Assembly: GCA_965219455.1 (NCBI GenBank)
Contig: OZ244744.1
Coordinates: 3,424,001-3,488,000 of the forward strand
DNA: 64,000 bases
From: Candidatus Latescibacterota bacterium
GTDB taxonomy: Bacteria > Latescibacterota > UBA2968 > GCA-2709665
Reading direction: 5' to 3'
This document shows, piece by piece, positions 20,171 to 29,433 of the stretch (positions are counted from its first letter, which is position 1; each line of letters starts with the position of its first letter). The translations under genes and the position numbers were made by a program. Below the pieces are notes generated by a model, which had not been told where the DNA came from, did no database searches, and saw only the letters and a list, made by a program, of their open reading frames with translations.

Positions 20171-23100
20171 ATGGACGTCTTGTCCCTCTTTTCCCAACAT
20201 GAGATTCAGTCAGAATCCGTCCGGTTTCCCTTCGGGGCGGTCATCTTTGATCAAGGCGGAACTGGCGCCGCATTTTACGTCGTTCAATCCGGTCGGTTGC
20301 GGGTCATCAAACAGGCTGCGGACGCCCGTTCGGAGACGCTGGGATATTTGTACGCCGGCGATCATTTTGGCGAAGGGGCGCTGTTGACGGGGCGCGGGCA
20401 TCGGGCAACGGTGCGAGCGGTTGAGGATTCCCTGGTGTTGCGGGTACCGCGGGATGAATTCTTCAGGGTGTTGAAGAAAGAACCGGAAATCGAAGCCCAT
20501 CTTCAGGACCAGGTTGCGGATATCGCATACCGGGATTTCACCCGGTATCTAAAGGGTAATGTCCAAGGTGAGGCGATCCGGGAACTGTTCCGGCGATTGA
20601 CGCGCGAAGAGGTCGCGGAGGGAACGACAGTTTCGGAACCCGGTCGTTCGCGCGGGCGGTTCTGCCTGGTGGGCATCGGCGGGTTGGAAGTGATCTCAGA
20701 GGATGGCAGTGCGCTGAATTTAGTCGCGGGCGATTTTTTCGAGGATACGGATTCTTCAGATGGCGAGCAACGGACGATCCGCAGCCAGCAAGATTGCGTT
20801 ATCTATTATTTGGATAAACACGAACTCGATAGCCTCAACTATGCAATTCCTGAATTAGCGTCCTTACCGGAGATAGCCCGGCGATTACACCTGGATCAGG
20901 GAACGGACGGGTCGCTGTCTCCCGAGCCGCAACCGGGGGGATTTCGTGTGCCGGCGGGAGGGACGGACGGGAACAACGACGCGGAGATGAATGGACCGGC
21001 ATCCAGTACCGGGGATAGCGATACGGATGGGGGTGGACAAGGCGCGCCCACGTCGTTTCGTTTTCCATTCCTGAAGCAGCACGACCAGTCCGATTGCGGC
21101 GCCGCGTGTCTGGGGATGATCTGCAAGTACTACAAGTTGCCGTTGGGGTTGAACAGGTTGCGCGATATGTGCAACGTGTCGAAGGACGGCACGTCGATGG
21201 CGGCAGTGGCCGAGGCGGCGGAGACGCTGGGGTTTGTTACGCGGGGCGTGCGTACGGGCTATGAAGAGCTGATGCGGACCGGACTGCCGGCGATTCTGCA
21301 CTGGGAGGGCAACCATTTCGTGGTGTTGTATGAGATCACCAAAAAGGATGTGAAAATCGCGGATCCCGGTTTGGGCCTTCGCAGGTTGAAGCGACCGGAA
21401 TTCGAGAAAAGCTGGACCAACATGGCGTTGCTGCTGGAGTACACGGATCAGGTGGCCGAGAATGAACCCTCCAGGTCCTCCTTCAAACGTTTCTTGCCAT
21501 TGATAAGGCCCTATACGGCAATTCTGATCGAGGTGCTGCTGGCGTCCCTCGTGCTCAGTTTATTGGGCCTTGCCTCGCCTATTTTCACACAGACAATCGT
21601 CGACCAGGTGCTGGTTCATCACGATAAGGATCTCCTGAACCTGATGCTGGCGGGCATGGTGGTCGTGGCACTGTTTCAAATGGGTACCTCGACGTTGCGC
21701 GCGTATTTAATAGGGTATATGAGCGCCCGGTTGAGTCTGACCATGCTGTCCCGCTTCTACCGGCATCTGCTGGGCCTGTCCATGCGGTTTTTTGCGCTTC
21801 GCCGCACCGGCGATCTGACCACGCGGTTCAAGGAAAATGCCACGATTCAGCGTCTCTTTACCGACACGACCATCTCGGCGATACTCGACTTTATCATGTT
21901 GTTCGTCTATCTGGGGCTGATGTTCTACTACAACTGGGAATTGACGCTCGTGATGTTGATATTCGTGCCGCTGTCCGTGGGTTTGACGCTGATCTATACC
22001 CCGATTCTGAAGTCCTTCAGCCAGCGCGCATTTCTTGCCCGCGCGGAACAGTCGTCCGTCCTGATCGACTCGCTGCATGGCATTGACGTGGTGAAAGCCG
22101 AAGCCGTCGAGCGGGTTACGAGATGGCAGTGGGAGGGCAAGTTTACGAGGGAAGTTCAGATCGGGTTTCGACGACTGAAAATGGAGATGCTGTTCGGCGC
22201 GGGCGGAAGTATGATTAATCTCTTGAGTTCCACGGTGATATTGTGGTATGGCGCCTCCCTGGTTATCGACGGGGAGTTGTCGGTGGGCCAGTTGATGGCT
22301 TTCAACGCCCTCATCGGCAATGTAATGGGACCCATTATGGGACTGATCGGCGTGTGGCCGGAGGTCCAGGAAGCCCGGGTCGCGTTGGACAGGCTGAATG
22401 ACGTCTACGAATCGAAGATGGAGGATGCGCGCCAACGCGGACACGGCCTGAGACTGAAGCGGGTCGAGGGCCGCCTGGTGTTTGAAGGTGTGTTTTTCAG
22501 GTACGGCGTCGGTTCCGACGAGCCCTACGTGTTGAACAACATCGAGCTGGAACTGGAACCGGGTCGAAAGGTCGCCATTGTCGGCCGTAGCGGCGCGGGA
22601 AAGACCACGCTCGTAAAGCTGGTGCCCCGTCTGTTCGATCCCTCGGAAGGGCGTGTGCTCGTGGACGGGATGGATGTGCGCGATTTCGACCCTCACTGGC
22701 TGCGCCGCCAGGTGGGCATGGTTATGCAGGACTCGTTTCTGTTCAGCGGCACCATTGCGGAGAACATCGCGGTCGGAGAATCTGACGCGGATATGGACCG
22801 TCTCCTGGAAGTTGCAAGATTGGCCTGCGTCCAGGATTTCGTAAACGATATGCCTTTGGGATACGAGACCAAGGTGGGCGAACAGGGAATTGGATTGTCC
22901 GGCGGGCAGCGGCAACGGATCGCGATCGCCCGGGCGCTGTATCGCGATCCGAAGATACTGATTTTCGACGAGGCGACAAATGCGCTTGATACGGACTCGG
23001 AAGGTGCGATTCAGTCCAATCTGGAGCTATTCCTTGAGAATCGTACGGCTCTCGTCATCGCCCATCGGTTGAGCACCGTGAGGGATGCCGACACGATTGT

Positions 23101-23206
23101 TGTACTGGAAAAGGGCCATATCGTCGACATGGGCACGCACGAAGAACTGATGGTTCGTCGCGGTCTCTACTATCACATGTGCAGCCAGCAGTTGCAGGTG
23201 GTCTGA
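20171..23206 (+). CDS. Peptidase-containing ABC transporter (cNMP-binding x2, C39 peptidase, TMD, NBD)
   Basis: cNMP motif GDHFGE.ALL....RATVRA plus a degenerate second copy. C39 QHDQSDCGAAC, HFVV, IADP (Cys/His/Asp intact). GRSGAGKT, LSGGQRQR, FDEAT, AHRL. Confidence 0.95.
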   Translation: MDVLSLFSQHEIQSESVRFPFGAVIFDQGGTGAAFYVVQSGRLRVIKQAADARSETLGYLYAGDHFGEGALLTGRGHRATVRAVEDSLVLRVPRDEFFRVLKKEPEIEAHLQDQVADIAYRDFTRYLKGNVQGEAIRELFRRLTREEVAEGTTVSEPGRSRGRFCLVGIGGLEVISEDGSALNLVAGDFFEDTDSSDGEQRTIRSQQDCVIYYLDKHELDSLNYAIPELASLPEIARRLHLDQGTDGSLSPEPQPGGFRVPAGGTDGNNDAEMNGPASSTGDSDTDGGGQGAPTSFRFPFLKQHDQSDCGAACLGMICKYYKLPLGLNRLRDMCNVSKDGTSMAAVAEAAETLGFVTRGVRTGYEELMRTGLPAILHWEGNHFVVLYEITKKDVKIADPGLGLRRLKRPEFEKSWTNMALLLEYTDQVAENEPSRSSFKRFLPLIRPYTAILIEVLLASLVLSLLGLASPIFTQTIVDQVLVHHDKDLLNLMLAGMVVVALFQMGTSTLRAYLIGYMSARLSLTMLSRFYRHLLGLSMRFFALRRTGDLTTRFKENATIQRLFTDTTISAILDFIMLFVYLGLMFYYNWELTLVMLIFVPLSVGLTLIYTPILKSFSQRAFLARAEQSSVLIDSLHGIDVVKAEAVERVTRWQWEGKFTREVQIGFRRLKMEMLFGAGGSMINLLSSTVILWYGASLVIDGELSVGQLMAFNALIGNVMGPIMGLIGVWPEVQEARVALDRLNDVYESKMEDARQRGHGLRLKRVEGRLVFEGVFFRYGVGSDEPYVLNNIELELEPGRKVAIVGRSGAGKTTLVKLVPRLFDPSEGRVLVDGMDVRDFDPHWLRRQVGMVMQDSFLFSGTIAENIAVGESDADMDRLLEVARLACVQDFVNDMPLGYETKVGEQGIGLSGGQRQRIAIARALYRDPKILIFDEATNALDTDSEGAIQSNLELFLENRTALVIAHRLSTVRDADTIVVLEKGHIVDMGTHEELMVRRGLYYHMCSQQLQVV

Positions 23207-23233
23207 ACCTCCGGCAGACCAGGAGCCGATCTG

Positions 23234-24634
23234 ATGGCGGAACCCGGACTAACAAAGCCGTCGGCAGCAGCGACGCCGGTCATTCTCCCGGGACGGTACG
23301 ACGGTACGGAAGAGATGCAGGCGTTCGTGGGGTCTCTGAGGCCGTTCTGGGGTCGAGCGTTGCTCTATCTCGTTCTGCTCTTTGTAGGAATCGCGGTGGC
23401 TTGGGCGTGGTGGGGCAAGGTGGACGTGGTGGCATCGGCGCCCTTCCGATTGGTGCCTCTGGGCAAGGTGAAGACGCTTCAGGCCCGTCGAGGCGGAGAA
23501 ATCGAGCATATCGGCGTCAGCGAAGGCGATCGGATCGAAGAAGGCCAATTGCTGTTCAAACTGAAGTCATGGGAAACCTGGGGAGACCTTCGAGAACTGG
23601 AACAGGCGGAAATGGCGTTTCAAAAGGCCGAGTACGATCTTCAACGGGTATTGCCCCAGAGGACGGAATTGAACCGGAAAACCATCGCGTCAATGGAAAA
23701 AAGACTGTCTGTTCTGGAGCGGTTCATGGTGGCCCATCAGAACGCCTTGCAGGATTACCACGCGGACGTGGGTGACGACGCGGTCGCGGGAAGGAGCGCT
23801 TCGGACGCTGAGTTGCAGGCACAAATCGGCTTTCGCCAGGCTGAGATCGACCATTTGAAACAGGATTACCTGCAGCAGAAATTGCTGTTTGAGCGCAAGC
23901 TGATCAGCCGCGTGGAAATTAACCGCGCGCGCGTTCGGTACCTCAGCGCCCTGGCGGCGCTTCCGGGACGCATGTCGGAAATCTACAAGAACGAAACGGC
24001 TGTCCAGGATCTCCAACGGCAGATTCTCGAGGCTCGCATCGCCCACGGGCGTGAGGCCTCGCAGATGAAACACGCGTATGAAACCGCGCGATTGAGATTG
24101 GAACAGGCGCGTAAACGCGTCGATCGACAGTTGGAAGCCGAATCGGACCTGATTCTGGCGCCGGAGCCGGGCATCGTAACGCAGGTGATGGTGAACACCC
24201 TGGGACAGGTGATCAGCAAGGGTCAGGCGCTGGTTTCGGTGGCGCCGGCCTCTGCTCCCATGGTTGCCGAACTCACGGTATTGAACAGGGACGTGGGCCT
24301 GCTTAAACCCGGACAGATAGTCAAACTGAAATACGACGCGTTTGCATTTCAGGACTTTGGCATCAAACGCGGCTGGCTCAAACAACTCTCCCCCGATGCC
24401 GTCATCGACGAGAGTGTCGGGCCGATCTTCAGGGCCGTTGTTGAATTGGAAAAAACCACCATGGCCGTGAAGGGACAGCAAAAGCCGCTGCTGTTCGGAA
24501 TGAAGGGGACGGCGGAAATCATGACGGACCGCCAATCGGTCTTGCTGATGTTACTCAGTCCTTTGAGAAAGCTGTACGAGTCCGCAACGTACGATGCCGC
24601 GGAAACGTCAATTGCGCGGCAGGGGGATTCGTAA
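23234..24634 (+). CDS. HlyD-family membrane fusion protein of type I secretion
   Basis: Single TM then KVDVVASA; lipoyl-like halves, long coiled coil, VKLKYDAF, GMKGTAEI. Confidence 0.92.
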   Translation: MAEPGLTKPSAAATPVILPGRYDGTEEMQAFVGSLRPFWGRALLYLVLLFVGIAVAWAWWGKVDVVASAPFRLVPLGKVKTLQARRGGEIEHIGVSEGDRIEEGQLLFKLKSWETWGDLRELEQAEMAFQKAEYDLQRVLPQRTELNRKTIASMEKRLSVLERFMVAHQNALQDYHADVGDDAVAGRSASDAELQAQIGFRQAEIDHLKQDYLQQKLLFERKLISRVEINRARVRYLSALAALPGRMSEIYKNETAVQDLQRQILEARIAHGREASQMKHAYETARLRLEQARKRVDRQLEAESDLILAPEPGIVTQVMVNTLGQVISKGQALVSVAPASAPMVAELTVLNRDVGLLKPGQIVKLKYDAFAFQDFGIKRGWLKQLSPDAVIDESVGPIFRAVVELEKTTMAVKGQQKPLLFGMKGTAEIMTDRQSVLLMLLSPLRKLYESATYDAAETSIARQGDS

Positions 24635-25449
24635 TGCGGCGTCCGGCGGAAGACGAAACCGTAGCCTCGGCCCTTGAAATAACGCTGGTTCAGGTCAATG
24701 GCATCGATGTGTCGCTGAATCAGGTCGCATGTCAGCTGGGCGTTGCCGACAAACTCGATTTTTTCGGTGAATTCGCACGCAGGGAACTGGTCCGGCAGCT
24801 TGCCGTCCGGGAAGGTATTCACACGACGTCCGAAGACATCCAGCGCGACGTGGACGATTGGCGTTACCGACATCGCCTGGAAAGGGTGGAAGACACGGAA
24901 GCCTGGCTGGTATCGCGAGGCATTACTCTCGGAGACGTTGCGGCGGAAGCCGAAGACAGGCTGTTGGAGCGCCTGCTGTGTGAAAAAATAGCGGAAGGAG
25001 AAATCGAACGCTATTTCGCGCAAAACACGCTGGATTTCGACGAGGCGGAGGTCTGCTGGGTCTTCCACCCGGACAGAGGTACCATCGAGGAGATTGCGCT
25101 TCAGACGCGGGAAGACGGCACCGATTTTTGCGCGATGGCCCGCGGATTTTCGCAAGATGAGCGGACGCGCCCGGCAGGCGGGTTTATGGGGCGCGTGCGG
25201 CGCAAGCTGTTGCCGAAGGGAATCGCGGCGCGGGTTTTCGCCGCCTCGCCGGGGGAAATCTTCGGACCCGAAAAGGCGTCGGGCGGGTTCGCGCTGTTTA
25301 TGCTTCAGCAGAACCATCCTGCAACGCTTGACGACCGCGTCACAGGCGAGATTCGCGACACATTGTTCAACCAGTGGCTTCAAAGGGAGTTGCAACGGGC
25401 GGACATACGCTATCCGATCTGGGAGGCCGGGAAGCAGGAGCGGCAATAA
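24634..25449 (+). CDS. PpiC/parvulin-like peptidyl-prolyl isomerase or chaperone associated with the T1SS
   Basis: SurA-like helical N-part, then DFCAMARGFSQD...GGFMG, VFAASPGEIFGP. Start overlaps the hlyD stop (TAATG). Confidence 0.82.
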   Translation: MRRPAEDETVASALEITLVQVNGIDVSLNQVACQLGVADKLDFFGEFARRELVRQLAVREGIHTTSEDIQRDVDDWRYRHRLERVEDTEAWLVSRGITLGDVAAEAEDRLLERLLCEKIAEGEIERYFAQNTLDFDEAEVCWVFHPDRGTIEEIALQTREDGTDFCAMARGFSQDERTRPAGGFMGRVRRKLLPKGIAARVFAASPGEIFGPEKASGGFALFMLQQNHPATLDDRVTGEIRDTLFNQWLQRELQRADIRYPIWEAGKQERQ

Positions 25450-25636
25450 ATGCCCGGCAGAGGCCGGTGACTGCGTGCTTCACCGATGGCAGCAAAATAG
25501 ACCTCGAGGTATACCTTCGGTTTACCGGTGGTTGGGCTCAATCATAGCGAACCGTCAACGCAGCGGCTGGCTTCAGGTAAGCATACGCCCTCGCTGCTGA
25601 CTGATCGCCTTTATCATACTTAATCTGAATTAGCAC

Positions 25637-25665
25637 TTGTCATTCTCATTCGCGGAAACTATATT
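25637..25665 (+). promoter_or_regulatory. sigma70-type promoter directly before the structured element
   Basis: TTGTCA, 17 bp, TATATT; predicted start ~25671-25672. Confidence 0.6.
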
Positions 25666-25670
25666 TCGGT

Positions 25671-25809
25671 TGTCACCACTCAGGCAGTACCCGTATGTCG
25701 GGTAGCCTACCGAATACAATAGCCGACTTTCAGGGGCAAGGGTAGCTCCCATGTCCCCGGCGAATACGTAGGACCTTCCCGCATCCTCAAAGCTGCGTGA
25801 GTGGTGACA
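25671..25809 (+). ncRNA. Candidate structured small RNA (~140 nt, three-way junction); alternatively a MITE
   Basis: Ends pair 16/17 (tgtcaccactcaggcag / ctgcgtgagtggtgaca). Internal stems tacccg/cgggta, cctac/gtagg, gccg/cggc, ggggca/tgtccc. An upstream promoter points at its first base. Confidence 0.5.
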
Positions 25810-26066
25810 CTGCCCGGCACCCTTTAATCGGGGTGCCGCCGGAAAGTTCATCACTGAATGGCGAGGGGATGGAGCGGGATTTTTTTGTGCCCTTTTCGGC
25901 ACGTACGGTCAACCGATGCGGCGGCGCGGTCTATAATATCACGTGTGCGGTCAGCAGTTGCAGGTGGTGTGTACACATAATTAAGAAACGGTACTCAGAC
26001 TGAGCCGCGTCCCCACTGGTTTGCGGTCGTTGGATGTGCTGACATCTGTCAAATGGGAGGAAATAC

Positions 26067-26894
26067 ATGGCGTATCCGAACCTGAAGCAATCCGTGTGGC
26101 TCCTGATATTGTGTTTCCTGATCAGCGTGGTACTGGGGGTGCCGATCGCAATCCTGGGTCTCATCTTCGACCGGTCTTTACATCACAGCCCACACGAAAT
26201 CCAGCTCTTGACATTGGCCGGTTTCGTTTTGACGGTAATCTACGCAAAGCGTAGAGCAGATCGGACCTGGCGCGAGATCCTGCTTTTTGAGCGGGTTTCG
26301 TGGCAATTCTACATGCCGCTCGGCGTGTCCATTGTTGGACTGGCAATCGTTGGCTCGGACCTGGGAAACCTGTTGCGGCACCTGATACCGGTGCCCGAAA
26401 TAATGCTCAACGTATTCGGGGATCTGGCAGGGAAGGAGAAGTCCTACCCGTTCACATTTTATGTCATGGTGGTTCAGGCGCCATTGATTAAGGAAGTCCT
26501 CTTCAGAAGCGTTATACTGGGTGGCTTGTTGGCCCACCGAACGCGGAATCAGGCCATTGTCTGGTCGGCGTTGCTGTTCGCTGTATTTCATATGAACCCA
26601 TGGCAATTTCCCACGGCCTTGATATTGGGACTCGTATTCGCATGGTGGGTCGTCCAAACTGGCTCTCTGCTGCCCGCGATCGTGGGACACGCGCTGAACA
26701 ATTTTCTGATAGTGACGGTTGCGCATCTGGAAATTTTCGGTCCCATGGATAATGTCAATGCCGTGATGTTGCTTCCCGGGTGGCTGCACGTATGTGGCGT
26801 TATCCTGGCTCTGATCGGATTGTGGTGGTTCAATGAGATGGCAAAAAGCAAAGGCGAGCAGGTCGAAACGCTAGCAGACCGGGAGCATGTCTGA
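26067..26894 (+). CDS. CPBP/Abi protease paralog, copy 2 (EE motif changed to KE)
   Basis: IKEVLFR, FAVFH, GHALNN; starts MAYPNLKQS; GGGAGG RBS. Confidence 0.88.
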   Translation: MAYPNLKQSVWLLILCFLISVVLGVPIAILGLIFDRSLHHSPHEIQLLTLAGFVLTVIYAKRRADRTWREILLFERVSWQFYMPLGVSIVGLAIVGSDLGNLLRHLIPVPEIMLNVFGDLAGKEKSYPFTFYVMVVQAPLIKEVLFRSVILGGLLAHRTRNQAIVWSALLFAVFHMNPWQFPTALILGLVFAWWVVQTGSLLPAIVGHALNNFLIVTVAHLEIFGPMDNVNAVMLLPGWLHVCGVILALIGLWWFNEMAKSKGEQVETLADREHV

Positions 26895-26978
26895 TGGCGG
26901 AACCCCTCAAACGACCCTCGCCGGGGATCCGGATCGATTGATGTACGGACAGCTGATCGTTTAAATGGGAGGCCATAC

Positions 26979-27834
26979 ATGGCGTATCCGAATCTGAAGC
27001 AATCCGTCCTGTTGGTGGTCCTGTTGTACCTGATTATGTTAGGACTGTTTTTGCCCCTTGTCCTCCTGAGCGGGATTCTTGACCAGGATTTGATCTCGAA
27101 TCCCTATGTCAATACCTTCGTGACATTGGTCAGTTTCTTCCTGGTGATTGTGTACGCCCGGCGGCGGACCGACCGGACCTGGCCCGATATCCTGCTATTC
27201 AGAACGGTACCCTGGGGATTGTACCTGCCCCTTGCGGTTTCTATTGTTGGACTGTCGATCGCAATCTCCATCGTGGAAGACGGGGTACATTACCTGATTC
27301 CGATGCCCGAAATGATAGTCAAGATATTTCGAGATCTGGTGTCGAAAGAAACGCCCTATGCTTACGCTTTTTATAACCTTGCGGTCCAGCCGCCGTTTAC
27401 GGAAGAAGTGCTATTCAGGGGTGTCATTCTGATTGGCTTGCTGGCCCACCAGACCCGGAAACGGGCTATTTTCTGGTCGGCATTCCTGTTCGCTCTATTT
27501 CATTTGAATCCGTGGCAGATTCCCGCCGCCCTTGTATTGGGAATTGTATTTGCCTGGTGGGTCATTCAGACCGGTTCGCTGCTGCCCGCGATTGCGGGCC
27601 ATGCGCTGAATAATTTCCTTTTCCTCAATGGTTGCGCGCTACGAAATATTCGGGCCTTTGGATGATTTCAATAATCTGGCATGCCTTCCGTGGTGGCTGA
27701 ACGTGTGCGGCATCATCCTCGCAGTAGTCGGTTTGTGGTGGTTCAACCAGATGGTAAACCGCGGCAAGACGCAGGTAGAAATGTCGACCAACCATGCGCC
27801 GGTCGAAGCGCCCGCTGATCGGGATCCTGTCTGA
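26979..27834 (+). pseudogene. CPBP/Abi protease paralog, copy 3, +1 frameshift near 27624-27627
   Basis: EEVLFRG, FALFH, GHALNN in ORF 26979-27665. The homologous tail MVARYEIFGP..LWWFN continues in another frame to 27834. Confidence 0.82.
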
Positions 27835-27995
27835 TGGTGCAACCCGAATGAGTGGACTCGTCGGGAACACCGTCTCCAATGGCCCTCCCGAAGCGGAAGA
27901 GGACGGAATAGCGATGCGCGTCTGCGCGCCAGGCATCTGGTTCGGCAATGGCGCCCTTCGGCACCCCAACATCGCAATATCGAAGTCAATTAATG

Positions 27996-28027
27996 TGTTG
28001 CAGTTTGCAACAGGATATGGGTATTAT
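27996..28027 (+). promoter_or_regulatory. Palindromic operator TGTTGCA-N3-TGCAACA overlapping a possible promoter
   Basis: Perfect 7-3-7 inverted repeat at 27996-28012; TTGCAG, 18 bp, TATTAT. Confidence 0.5.
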
Positions 28028-28185
28028 GGAGGGAATCCGGATGTAAATTCGCACACATCGAGGATGTAGATTTCCCGCGGCAGGAAGATCAGGCACAACC
28101 CGACAAGGCGTTTGCCCCATGCGGAGTGGGTTCCCCCTTAGCGCCCCATCGTACCCGCCTGCGCCGGCGAATGAGTGAATCGCCC

Positions 28186-29382
28186 ATGATTCCTCGAAAA
28201 AGACTGGATATCGGCTGGCGCGATCTCCTTTTCGGCATGAACCAATGCCTGGCGCGGGACAGACGCGCGGAAGCCCATACTGCGTGCCGGGAGAGCACCG
28301 GCGATCCCGACGATGCTCTGTTTTTTCTCTCGCTTCGCAGCGGCTTCGATGCCTATCTCCAGGCCGCCCGATTTCCGAGCGGGTCGCACATTCTGGTGTC
28401 CGCCATCACCATTCCCGACATGCTCGAGATCATCCGGAGCCATGGCCTGGTGCCCGTACCGGTCGATCTGGATCCACTCACGCTTGCGCCCGATCCGGAG
28501 AGCCTGGAAAGCGGGGTCACGCCCAGGGCCGTTGCGCTGCTGGCGACCCATTTGTTCGGCGCCCGCATCCCCATGGATCCCCTCGTAAGCTTCGCAAGGC
28601 GTCACGGCCTGGTGCTGTTGGAAGACTGCGCCCAGGCGTTCTGGGGTGACGGCTTTACAGGCCACCCGGGCAGTCACGTGCGGATGTTCAGTTTCGGCCC
28701 TATCAAGTACAATACCGCTTTGGGTGGCGGCCTTCTTTTTGTGGGCGATCCCGTCCTGCGAGACAGAGTTCGGCGGCTGCATAACGACTATCCGGTACAG
28801 AGCAAAGGCCGGTTCTTCGTGCGCCTGGCGAAATACGGCGTCGTTCTCCTGCTCAACAGGCCTGGACCCTATACCCTTCTGTGCGCCGCGTGCCGCCTGT
28901 TGGGCAGGTCCCACGATACGGTGAGTTACCGCGCCATACGCGGTTTCCGGGGAGTGGAACTGCTCGAAAAAATCCGCCGTCAGCCCTGCGGCGCCCTTCT
29001 GTCCTTATTGTCGAGGCGTCTGCGCTCCAACGCTCTGGAGCGGACCGGCAGCCGGCCTGAGGCCATGGCGTTTCACCGCAGCGTTCCGGACCTCTGCTAC
29101 CCGGGCAACGGGGCGGAACACACCTATTGGCTCTTCGTCGTCCGTGTGGGCAATGCCGCGGACCTGTGCAGGCGGCTCTGGGATGCCGGCCTGGACGGAC
29201 ATCTGTGGCCGCCGTCGCTTTGCGTGGTTCGGCCCGATCGGGATCTGCCGGGCAAGTTGCCACTCTGCGTGGACGTCCTGCAACGGCAACTGCTGTTCCT
29301 TCCGGTGTATCCGCAGGCAGGGCGGGTTCGCCTTCAGCAGTTGAGCCGCGTCGTGCGCCGATGGGCGCAGCAGCATGGGTGA
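28186..29382 (+). CDS. DegT/DnrJ/EryC1/StrS-like PLP-dependent protein
   Basis: THLFG, EDCAQA, FSFGPIKYNTALGGG (PLP Lys). Start uncertain (28126/28171/28186). Confidence 0.8.
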   Translation: MIPRKRLDIGWRDLLFGMNQCLARDRRAEAHTACRESTGDPDDALFFLSLRSGFDAYLQAARFPSGSHILVSAITIPDMLEIIRSHGLVPVPVDLDPLTLAPDPESLESGVTPRAVALLATHLFGARIPMDPLVSFARRHGLVLLEDCAQAFWGDGFTGHPGSHVRMFSFGPIKYNTALGGGLLFVGDPVLRDRVRRLHNDYPVQSKGRFFVRLAKYGVVLLLNRPGPYTLLCAACRLLGRSHDTVSYRAIRGFRGVELLEKIRRQPCGALLSLLSRRLRSNALERTGSRPEAMAFHRSVPDLCYPGNGAEHTYWLFVVRVGNAADLCRRLWDAGLDGHLWPPSLCVVRPDRDLPGKLPLCVDVLQRQLLFLPVYPQAGRVRLQQLSRVVRRWAQQHG

Positions 29383-29433
29383 AGCACCCGTCTTAGCGCC
29401 AACCTGACTTCCTGGAGAGAGACTGAATGCGCG

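Noticed and set aside
25630-25656. CIRCE element (TTAGCACT half-site)
   Set aside because: The right half GAGTGCTAA is absent.
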